Both the position numbers and the translations under genes were made by a program. Below are positions 27,120-34,772 of a DNA stretch of 34,772 nucleotides, piece after piece. The stretch lies in assembly GCA_963748825.1 (NCBI GenBank), contig CAVVKN010000008.1, forward strand, positions 1 through 34,772, written 5' to 3'. The DNA is from Methanotrichaceae archaeon. Lineage in GTDB: Archaea > Halobacteriota > Methanosarcinia > Methanotrichales > Methanotrichaceae. The notes below the pieces were generated by a model. That model was not told where the DNA came from and searched no databases. It saw only the letters and a program-made list of their open reading frames with translations. The stretch's first letter is position 1, and the number at the start of each line of letters is the position of its first letter.

Positions 27120-27132
27120 TCATAAAGTATAA
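26911..27132 (+). CDS. Single-TRAM-domain protein, copy 2
   Basis: Identical core to copy 1; GTGAT before TTG 26911. Confidence 0.9.
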   Translation: MANYDADRSSMGTPAPVEVGKEYDVNIEDIAREGDGIARVEGFVIFVADTKVGDAVKIQIDKVMRRFAIGHKV

Positions 27133-27159
27133 AATCTACATTCTGTGATGGATTCGTTC

Positions 27160-27178
27160 CCTGGTTCTGCTAACCAGG
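27160..27178 (+). terminator. Hairpin CCTGGTT-CTGCT-AACCAGG with T-rich tail
   Basis: Directly downstream of the TRAM pair. Confidence 0.4.
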
Positions 27179-27404
27179 ACATAATCTTTGTTTTAATAGA
27201 CTATTTGGGCTGCTTTCATCTCAATAATTAAATTTATCTACGTAATTAAATCAACCTAACTCTTCTAAAAATATTTTGCAATAAAAATTAATTGTAGACC
27301 ACCACACTATGATCATCCATCTCCACTACCAAATGTTCAGAAAAATTTAACTAGAATGATAAAGAATAAGTGTAATTTAAATAGAGGACAAAGGGGGTTT
27401 TAAA

Positions 27405-28241
27405 GTGAAGGGGAAAGATTATCATTTAGTCCTTTTAGCGGGAGCTATGTTAGCAATAGCAGTTATATGCTTGGGCCAGGCTATTACCACTAAAGATCTT
27501 ATGCTTGCCAAAAATACTCAAAACTCAGCACCCATCACATATTTGACAGGGACTGGTGCTGTAAACCAGCCTCCGTCAGCCAAGAGTCTCACACCGGATC
27601 AGGAAGGCCCGCAAAGTGCTGGTTCCACAATTATTTGGACTGGAAATGCTTACGATCCGGATGACGATAAGTTGTTGTATCAATTCTGGCTTAATGGGCC
27701 TCTGACAGGAAATACCTGGAAGCCAATGACCAGTTGGACCGGGAATAATACATGGAACTGGACTACCAGCCCCATTGATACCGGCGTTAACATTATAGAT
27801 CTGCGTGTGAGGGATGAACACCATGCAGCACCCTGGGGACATGATAGCCACATTAGTGCCGAATACAGCATAGATAGCATTGCAGGAATTGACGGCACAA
27901 TAAAAGCCAATTCTAAACCATCATTGCTGAACATCAAATCGGATCGACCAAGTCCACAGGATCGAGGCATAAAAGTAACCTGGACGGCAAAAGCCTCTGA
28001 TCCGGAAAAGGATACCGTTCTCTATCAATTCATACTCAAAGGACCTTCGACAGAAGATGTATGGTTGCCCATGACACTCTGGACTACGAACAATATCTGG
28101 ACATGGGATACGGATCTATCAAAGGCCGGCATATACACAATAGAAGTGAGAATTAGAGATGGGTACCATTCAGATGTGGAAAGCTCAGACGATTTCAAGA
28201 GAGCTGCATATGTCATAAAACAGAAAGGAATAATCCAATAG
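27405..28241 (+). CDS. Secreted protein with two ~105-aa Ig-like repeats
   Basis: Signal peptide; repeated N..P....D...PQ..G....W...A.DP..D..LYQF.L.GP.T...W.PMT.WT.NN.W.W...G...I..R.RD.H. Confidence 0.8.
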   Translation: MKGKDYHLVLLAGAMLAIAVICLGQAITTKDLMLAKNTQNSAPITYLTGTGAVNQPPSAKSLTPDQEGPQSAGSTIIWTGNAYDPDDDKLLYQFWLNGPLTGNTWKPMTSWTGNNTWNWTTSPIDTGVNIIDLRVRDEHHAAPWGHDSHISAEYSIDSIAGIDGTIKANSKPSLLNIKSDRPSPQDRGIKVTWTAKASDPEKDTVLYQFILKGPSTEDVWLPMTLWTTNNIWTWDTDLSKAGIYTIEVRIRDGYHSDVESSDDFKRAAYVIKQKGIIQ

Positions 28242-28304
28242 TCATTCCAGTGTCGCCTGCAAATGATTCAATTGTCTTTTTTTTTTGAATTTTGAAAAAA
28301 GTGA

Positions 28305-29435
28305 TCATAGAACAACAATAGCCTGCAAGTCTCCTAGAAACAGATCGATATTTTTCTTTGTCATATGCTTCATCAGTATCAGTCGCAGAGCTCTGTTGGG
28401 CTCGCGGGTAATGGAAACGTGCCAATCCCTCTTCATCAACTCCTCACGCACTTTTGCCGGGGAGGAGACCCGCAATGTCACCACATTCATGATGGGCTCG
28501 ATCCACGGCTGAATGCCGATTTCCCTTGCTCCTTCCACCAGATGATGCGTCAGGTCCATACAGTAGTCAACAATCTCTTTGAAGCCATCCCGGCCCAGAT
28601 GCATCATCACGGCATAGGTGGCCGCGGCTGCCGCTCCGCTTCTCGTGCCGGTTAGTGATGCCTGTCTTGCCTTGGTGAGATAATGTGTCTCCGTTTCCAG
28701 GGCACTCAAGCATTCCTGTCCGCGAAAGAGCAGTCCACCGGCAGGAATGGTGCTCATGCCCATCTTATGCGGATCGATGGTTATGGAAGAGACGCCAGGC
28801 ACCGAAAAATCCCAGGCAAACTTTTTTTCCAGAAAAGGAAGGACAAAGCCACCGAAGGCAGCGTCCACATGCAGGTGAATGCCCCTCTCCACGGCCATTT
28901 TTGCTAGCTGCTCAATGGGGTCCACCTGGCCGAACTCGGTTGTCCCGGCTATGCCCACCAGGGCTACGGTCCTCTCGTCCAGCAGAGACTCGACCGACGA
29001 TAAGTCAACTTTGAGGCTCTCATCCAGCTCGGCCTTTCGCACCTCCAGACAGAGAAGATCGCCGATTTTGTCGAAGGAGAAGTGAGCAGAGGCGGGAACG
29101 ACAATATTGCCGTCTCTTATGCCGGCTTCATTCCTGGCCGCCCGGATGGCCTGGATGTTGGACTCCGTGCCGCCCGTGGAAACATAGCCGGAGGCGTTCG
29201 GACAGCCCAACATCTCGCCGAGCATGGCTACCACGCGCTCTTCGAGTTCGGCCACGCCCGGAAACAATCCCGGATCGCCCAGGTTTGTCTCCAGGAACAT
29301 GTTGTGAGCCCTTACCGCTATGGGGTGGGGCAGGGTGCACATGGTGGACAGGAAGCGGTCATAGCTGTAGTCACGTGCTCTCGTTTCCGCCAGGATGCGC
29401 ATTACCTCATCTTCGGGAAGAGCTTTGTCTCTCAT
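28305..29435 (-). CDS. mfnA: L-tyrosine/L-aspartate decarboxylase MfnA
   Basis: LSTMCTLPHP, ETNLGDPGLFPG, GGTESN, HVDAAFGG, DPHKMG. Confidence 0.92.
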   Translation of the reverse strand: MRDKALPEDEVMRILAETRARDYSYDRFLSTMCTLPHPIAVRAHNMFLETNLGDPGLFPGVAELEERVVAMLGEMLGCPNASGYVSTGGTESNIQAIRAARNEAGIRDGNIVVPASAHFSFDKIGDLLCLEVRKAELDESLKVDLSSVESLLDERTVALVGIAGTTEFGQVDPIEQLAKMAVERGIHLHVDAAFGGFVLPFLEKKFAWDFSVPGVSSITIDPHKMGMSTIPAGGLLFRGQECLSALETETHYLTKARQASLTGTRSGAAAAATYAVMMHLGRDGFKEIVDYCMDLTHHLVEGAREIGIQPWIEPIMNVVTLRVSSPAKVREELMKRDWHVSITREPNRALRLILMKHMTKKNIDLFLGDLQAIVVL

Positions 29436-29476
29436 TTATTTTGTCCCCATTTCCATTAGCTTTGTTCCCTATGGCC

Positions 29477-31768
29477 TTATTTCCTGTTTCTCAGGGCATT
29501 GAGCATAAGGATCTTCTCAGATCTGGCCACTGTCTCTCTGACCGTGGCCACGGCATCGATATTGGCCGATATGCTGGTGATGCCGATTTCAACCAGCCTC
29601 TTGGCCATCTCCGGGTATGATCCGGCCTGGCCGCAGATGGAGGTCTTGACTCCTGCCTCATTGCAGCGCTCCACCACGTACTCGATGAGCTTGAGTATGG
29701 CGGGATGCAGCTCTGAATACAGCCCGGCCACGTTCTCGTTATTGCGGTCCACCGCCAGGGTGTACTGGGTCAGATCATTGGTGCCAAAGGAGATGAAATC
29801 GATTCCATCCTCGATGAAGTCTTCAATGGTGAGCGCAGCGCCGGGCGTCTCCACCATGATGCCAACATCGATTTTCTCCAGGTCCAGGTCCTCCTCGACC
29901 ATGATGGCCTTGGCCTTCTGAAACTCGCGAACGTGCTGCACCATGGGCAGCATGATACCCACGTTGCTAAGCCCCATATCATGCAGCTTCTTAAAAGCCC
30001 TTATCTCCAGGCGGAAGTGCTCCGTCTCTGTCAGGTCGCGCCGGATGCCGCGCCAGCCGAGCATAGGGTTGTGTTCGATGGGCTCGCCCTCGCCGCCCTC
30101 CATGGCCCGAAACTCATCTGTGGGAGCATCCAGGGTGCGCACCCACACCGGTTTGGGGTAGAAGGCATCGGCCACGACCTTGATGCCCTTAACCAGCTCG
30201 TTGATGTACTCCTCGGTCTTGCCGTTCTTGATGTACCAGTTCGGTGTCTTACCCAGGCCCAGGATCATGTGCTCTATTCTCAAAAGGCCCACGCCATCAG
30301 CCATTGTGTCAGCCGCGGCTGCGGCTCTATCCGGCTCGCTGACATTGACCTTGATCTCCGTAGCAGTAATGGGTTTAGTGAAGACCACGCCCCCGCCACT
30401 AGCTGCGGAAGCGGGCTTGGCAGGCGCTGCCAGGGCCACGCGCCCCTCGTAGACGATGCCCTTGCCGCCGTCAACCGTAATCTCCATGCCGTCTTTGAGA
30501 AGGGATGTAGCCTTCTTGGTTCCCACAACTGCCGGGCAGCCCAGCTCGCGGCTTACAATGGCTGCGTGGCAGGCCATGCCGCCTTCGTCGGTGACAATAG
30601 CCCCGGCGCGCTTCATGCCCGGAACCATGTCCGGCATGGTCATCTTGGTGACCATGATGTCGCCCTGCTTGACCTTGTCCAGCTCTCGGCCGCTCGCGAT
30701 CGATCGAACAATGCCCGTGGCCACGCCTGGAGCTGCACCCAGGCCCCTGAGCAGAACCTTGCCGCTTTCCTCTGTGGCAGCCTCAGTTTTTTTGCCGTTG
30801 TTGATTGTGGTGATCGGGCGGGACTGGAGGATATAGATCTTGTTCTTCTCTACGCCCCACTCGATGTCCTGGGGGATGCCGTAGTGCTTTTCCAGGATCT
30901 CGGCGTACTTTGCGAGTTCAATTGCCTCGCTATCTGTGAGAACGACGGCATCTTTCTTCTCGGCCGGGACGTTGATCGTGACCGTCTTCTGGGTCTTGGG
31001 ATCCCTGATGATCATTATCTCCTTGGTGGCGATGTACTTGCTGACGATGTTCTTGGTCTTTCTGTCCACGACGAAGTTATCGGGAGAGACGCTGCCGCTA
31101 ACGACGGATTCGCCCAGGCCCCAGGCGCCTTCTATGACCACCAGTGGCTCGCCAGTGGAGGGCTGGGAGCTGAACATGACCCCCGACTTCTCGGAGTCCA
31201 CCATCTTCTGCACAATGGCAGAGAGGTTGACCTTATCGTGCTCAAAGCCCTGCTCCACCCGGTAGAAGATGGCTCGGGCGCCGTATAGAGAAGCCCAGCA
31301 CTTGCGAACTGCGTTAAAGACATCCTCGGCCCCGCGCGTGTTGAGGTAGGTCTCCTGCTGGCCGGCGAAGCTGGCATCGGGAAGATCCTCGGCTGTGGCG
31401 CTGGAGCGTACGGCCACGAAGACCTGCTCGCCTTCGCGCTTGCACATCTCCTCGTAGCGGGATTTTATGGCCTTCTCAATGTCCTCGGGCACCTTGGCCT
31501 CCATAATGAGCTTCTTGGCCGTCTCCTCTGCCCGATGCAGCTCCGTCTCTTGGTTCACATCGACTTTAAGGGCCTCGAAAAGCTTCTTGGAGATGCCCGC
31601 CCGGTTGATGAAATCCCGGAAAGCTTGAGCCGTGACCGCGAATCCGCCAGGTACGGGAACGCCAATATTTATCATCTCACCCAGGCTTGCACCCTTGCCG
31701 CCCACTACGGAAAGATCATTCTTTCCCACTTCTTCCAGCCATACAACAGCATCCATTAAATCATCCAT
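29477..31768 (-). CDS. ppsA: Phosphoenolpyruvate synthase
   Basis: VGGKGASLGE, VAVRSSATAEDLPDASFAGQQETYLN, CHAAIVSRELG, NPMLGWRG, SFGTNDLTQ, SICGQ. Confidence 0.95.
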   Translation of the reverse strand: MDDLMDAVVWLEEVGKNDLSVVGGKGASLGEMINIGVPVPGGFAVTAQAFRDFINRAGISKKLFEALKVDVNQETELHRAEETAKKLIMEAKVPEDIEKAIKSRYEEMCKREGEQVFVAVRSSATAEDLPDASFAGQQETYLNTRGAEDVFNAVRKCWASLYGARAIFYRVEQGFEHDKVNLSAIVQKMVDSEKSGVMFSSQPSTGEPLVVIEGAWGLGESVVSGSVSPDNFVVDRKTKNIVSKYIATKEIMIIRDPKTQKTVTINVPAEKKDAVVLTDSEAIELAKYAEILEKHYGIPQDIEWGVEKNKIYILQSRPITTINNGKKTEAATEESGKVLLRGLGAAPGVATGIVRSIASGRELDKVKQGDIMVTKMTMPDMVPGMKRAGAIVTDEGGMACHAAIVSRELGCPAVVGTKKATSLLKDGMEITVDGGKGIVYEGRVALAAPAKPASAASGGGVVFTKPITATEIKVNVSEPDRAAAAADTMADGVGLLRIEHMILGLGKTPNWYIKNGKTEEYINELVKGIKVVADAFYPKPVWVRTLDAPTDEFRAMEGGEGEPIEHNPMLGWRGIRRDLTETEHFRLEIRAFKKLHDMGLSNVGIMLPMVQHVREFQKAKAIMVEEDLDLEKIDVGIMVETPGAALTIEDFIEDGIDFISFGTNDLTQYTLAVDRNNENVAGLYSELHPAILKLIEYVVERCNEAGVKTSICGQAGSYPEMAKRLVEIGITSISANIDAVATVRETVARSEKILMLNALRNRK

Positions 31769-31901
31769 CCACCGTCATGATTCTTCATTGTATATTCAGT
31801 ATCTGCCCACCTCTCCCTCTTTACAATATATGAAGCTTTCACACGACGTATAGAATATATACAAAAGCATATATCCAGGAGGTGGCTCACAAAGCGTTTG
31901 C

Positions 31902-33053
31902 ATGTTTAAACGTTTTAGCGGGGCAGCGGCGGCAAAAGAGATGCTTCTCGATCGCTGCTTACCCTTACAGCGGACAGCGCTCCTGCAAAACGTGCAGGCG
32001 GCAGGCCGGGTTTTGTCGCAGGACATCTCCTCTCCCGTGACCCTGCCAGGCTTTGACCGGGCCGCCATGGACGGCTTTGCCGTGCGATCGGAGGACACAA
32101 GGGGCGCAAAGCCCAACGCTCCCGTTTTTCTTGATAATTTCCGGCCCGTACGCACCGGCATGCCCGTTCCTGGAGATTATGACGGCGTGGTGATGCTAGA
32201 GGATGCAAGGAGGCGGGGCACGACTTTGGAGATCACAACGCAGCTGCACGCTTACAAGAATGTCTCTCGCATCGGCGAAGACATCAGCCTGGGGGAAACG
32301 GTCTTTTTCGAGGGCCACACCCTTCGGCCCCCGGATGTGGCAATGCTATCGGCACTGGGAATTGACGAGGTACGGGTTTATGAAAAGCCGAGGGTGGTCA
32401 TCATCCCCACGGGAGGAGAACTTGTGGCTATTGGCGCACGCACTCTATGCCCCGGCGAAGCATATGAGATCAACGGGCTCATGGCCCGGCTCTATGCAGA
32501 AAAATGGGGTGCTTTGGCCGAGAAAAAGGAGATCGTCCCGGATGATGAAGGGCTCATTCACAAGGCCATCTCATCTAACATAGATGCGGACATGATAATA
32601 ATAATAGGTGGGACCTCCGTGGGCGAGAAGGACTATGCGCCACGGGTGCTGGAGGAGATGGGCGAGCTTCTCGTGCACGGGGTGCGCCTGCAGCCAGGAA
32701 AGCCTACCGCCTTCGGAGTTGTGGCCGGCAAGCCCGTGGTCTGCCTGCCCGGCTATCCAGTGGCTGCTCTCTCTGATCTCTATCTTTTCGTGCGACCGGC
32801 CCTGCAAAAGATGGCCCACCGCTCTGACCAACCGCTGAAAGTCTCAGCAAGGCTGGCGAGAAAGATCCCCTCTCGACCGGGATACTTGAGTCTGGTGAGA
32901 GTTGCCCTCAAGAACGGGGAGGCCGAGCCCATTATGATCTCGGGGGCAGGCATCCTCAGCTCCGTGGCAAGGGCGGACGGCTTCGTGCTGGTATCCGAGG
33001 AGCGGGAGGGGATCGAGGAGGGAGAGACGGTAGAGGTAATGCTGTTTGAATAG
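31902..33053 (+). CDS. moeA: Molybdopterin molybdotransferase MoeA
   Basis: PGFDRAAMDGFAV, GEDI, TGGEL, GGTSVGEKD, PGKP, LPGYPVA. Confidence 0.93.
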   Translation: MFKRFSGAAAAKEMLLDRCLPLQRTALLQNVQAAGRVLSQDISSPVTLPGFDRAAMDGFAVRSEDTRGAKPNAPVFLDNFRPVRTGMPVPGDYDGVVMLEDARRRGTTLEITTQLHAYKNVSRIGEDISLGETVFFEGHTLRPPDVAMLSALGIDEVRVYEKPRVVIIPTGGELVAIGARTLCPGEAYEINGLMARLYAEKWGALAEKKEIVPDDEGLIHKAISSNIDADMIIIIGGTSVGEKDYAPRVLEEMGELLVHGVRLQPGKPTAFGVVAGKPVVCLPGYPVAALSDLYLFVRPALQKMAHRSDQPLKVSARLARKIPSRPGYLSLVRVALKNGEAEPIMISGAGILSSVARADGFVLVSEEREGIEEGETVEVMLFE

Positions 33054-33055
33054 CC

Positions 33056-33063
33056 TTTATATA
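33056..33063 (+). promoter_or_regulatory. TATA box TTTATATA of the thermosome gene
   Basis: Canonical archaeal TATA about 52 nt upstream of ATG 33115; GAGGT RBS at 33104-33108. Confidence 0.55.
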
Positions 33064-33114
33064 GAAGTTCAAACAACATATAGCTGTTAAATTAGCATTT
33101 GTTGAGGTTAATTA

Positions 33115-34755
33115 ATGGCTGGACAATTCAGTGGCACACCTATTTACATTCTTAGGGAAGGCAGCCAGAGGACTGCTGGAAGAGACGCACAGAGATCGAA
33201 TATCATGGCGGCCAAGGCCGTTGCCGGCGCAGTGAGGACCACTCTCGGCCCCAAGGGCATGGACAAAATGCTGGTAGACACCATGGGCGACGTTGTAATC
33301 ACCAATGACGGCGTCACTATTCTTAAAGAGATGGATATCGAGCATCCTGCTGCCAAGATGATGGTGGAGATTGCCAAGACCCAGGACCAGGAAGTCGGGG
33401 ATGGCACGACCACCGCTGTTGTGCTGGCCGGAGAATTGCTCAAGCAGGCTGAGGAGTTGCTGGAGCAGGAGATTCATCCTACGGTTATTGCGGCCGGCTA
33501 CAGAGCTGCGGCTGACAAGTCAATGGAGATTCTCAAGGGGCTAGCCGTAGAGGTCTCGGCAAAAGATGAAGATCTTCTCAGGAAGATCGCCGTCACTGCC
33601 ATGACCGGCAAGGGCTCTCAATCGGCTCGCGATGAGCTGGCTGCCATGGCGGTTCAAGCAGTCCAGTCGGTAGTGGACGAGGACGGAACTGTCGACACCG
33701 ACAACATCACCGTGGAGAAGAAGGTCGGGGGCGGAATTACCGACTCCATGCTTGTGAGCGGAGTGGTCATCGATAAGGATCGGCTTCACCCCAACATGCC
33801 CAAGTCCGTCAAAGGTGCCAGGATCGCTCTCCTGAACGCTGCCGTGGAGATCGAGAAGACCGAGGTTGATGCCAAGATTCAGATCACCTCTCCGGATCAG
33901 CTGCAGGCTTTTCTGGATCAAGAGGAGAACATGCTGAAGGGCATGGTTGATAGGATCACTGCCACGGGCGCAAATGTACTGTTCGTCCAGAAGGGCATCG
34001 ATGATCTGGCCCAGCACTTCCTGGCCAAGGCCGGTATCTACACCGTGCGCCGCATCAAGAAGAGCGACATGGACAAGCTGGCACGCGCCACAGGCGGAAG
34101 AGTCGTCACCAGCATCCATGAGATCTCCAAGGACGACCTGGGCAAGGCTGGCCTGGTCGAGGAGAGAAAGGTCTCAGATGAGAAGATGACCTTCATTGAA
34201 GACTGCGAGAATCCCAAGTCAGTATCCATCATCCTGCGCGGCGGAACGGAGCACGTGGTCGATGAGCTGGACAGGGCCATGGAGGATGCTCTTCGCGTCG
34301 TGGGCGTGGCTGTTCAGGACAAGCTCCTTGTTGCCGGCGGCGGCGCACCTGAGGTAGAGCTGGCTCTGAGGCTTCGAGCCTATGCTTCCACAGTGGGAGG
34401 ACGCGAGCAGCTGGCCATTGAGGCCTTTGCCAATGCCATGGAGGTCATACCCAAGACCCTGGCCGAGAATGCAGGCTTAGACCAGATCGATTCTCTGGTG
34501 GCACTAAGAAGCCAGCATGAGAAGGGCATGAAGAGCGCTGGCCTGGACATGGACACCGGTAAGCCCGTGGACATGCTGAAGCTGGGCGTTGTTGAGCCTC
34601 TGCGGGTCAAGACCCAGGCCATCAACTCGGCAGCCGAGGCCGCCATCATGATTCTGAGAATCGATGATGTCATCGCTTCCAAGTCCGGCGGACCGGGCGG
34701 CATGCCCGGAGGCGCTGGCGGCATGGGCGGAATGGGTGGCGAGGACTTCGAGTAG
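33115..34755 (+). CDS. thsA: Thermosome (group II chaperonin) subunit
   Basis: [34 protein letters not shown]-rich tail. Confidence 0.96.
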   Translation: MAGQFSGTPIYILREGSQRTAGRDAQRSNIMAAKAVAGAVRTTLGPKGMDKMLVDTMGDVVITNDGVTILKEMDIEHPAAKMMVEIAKTQDQEVGDGTTTAVVLAGELLKQAEELLEQEIHPTVIAAGYRAAADKSMEILKGLAVEVSAKDEDLLRKIAVTAMTGKGSQSARDELAAMAVQAVQSVVDEDGTVDTDNITVEKKVGGGITDSMLVSGVVIDKDRLHPNMPKSVKGARIALLNAAVEIEKTEVDAKIQITSPDQLQAFLDQEENMLKGMVDRITATGANVLFVQKGIDDLAQHFLAKAGIYTVRRIKKSDMDKLARATGGRVVTSIHEISKDDLGKAGLVEERKVSDEKMTFIEDCENPKSVSIILRGGTEHVVDELDRAMEDALRVVGVAVQDKLLVAGGGAPEVELALRLRAYASTVGGREQLAIEAFANAMEVIPKTLAENAGLDQIDSLVALRSQHEKGMKSAGLDMDTGKPVDMLKLGVVEPLRVKTQAINSAAEAAIMILRIDDVIASKSGGPGGMPGGAGGMGGMGGEDFE

Positions 34756-34772
34756 GTCCTTAACCCCATTTT

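Noticed and set aside
29933-31288. 451-aa antisense ORF and other long shadow ORFs (4793..5551, 14155..14793, 33541..34119)
   Set aside because: Antisense to well-supported genes; expected from GC-rich codon bias
34684-34740. GGM-rich repeat at the thermosome C-terminus
   Set aside because: Ordinary chaperonin tail

Overview
Archaeal chromosomal window, by gene content most likely a Methanothrix/Methanosaeta-like methanogen (inferred from mfnA, cofH, a chorismate lyase/beta-RFAP synthase fusion, a thermosome subunit, single-TRAM proteins and the surface-protein types). (1) Positions 1-4600 are a visibly AT-richer accessory block. It holds a decayed fasciclin gene, a LITAF-like Zn-ribbon microprotein, a 58-aa coiled-coil protein, a small wHTH regulator, and an unusual tandem-wHTH + HisKA/HATPase + 2xREC protein whose phosphoacceptor His is replaced by Phe and whose G2 box is lost. 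The coiled-coil and small wHTH genes share a 38-bp upstream element with a direct repeat. (2) Positions 4607-10376 encode a ~1920-aa modular secreted protein (7 LVIVD blades, 7 SdrD-B domains, 4 DUF11-like domains, a duplicated unknown domain, Cys-rich tail) split by one extra base, followed by a frameshifted PD-(D/E)xK-like gene. (3) Positions 11.5-34.8 kb are mostly housekeeping: aroK, chorismate mutase, purE, USP, M42 peptidase, class II HMG-CoA reductase, pheA, cbiK, SNase, two pstS, cofH, NOP2/Sun methyltransferase, two TRAM genes, mfnA, ppsA, moeA and thermosome. It also contains an unannotated 36-aa membrane peptide and a Zn-ribbon protein with a PriL-CTD-like Cys pattern. No rRNA, tRNA, CRISPR array or transposase was recognised. 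All family assignments are by eye from motifs; no database searches were run.
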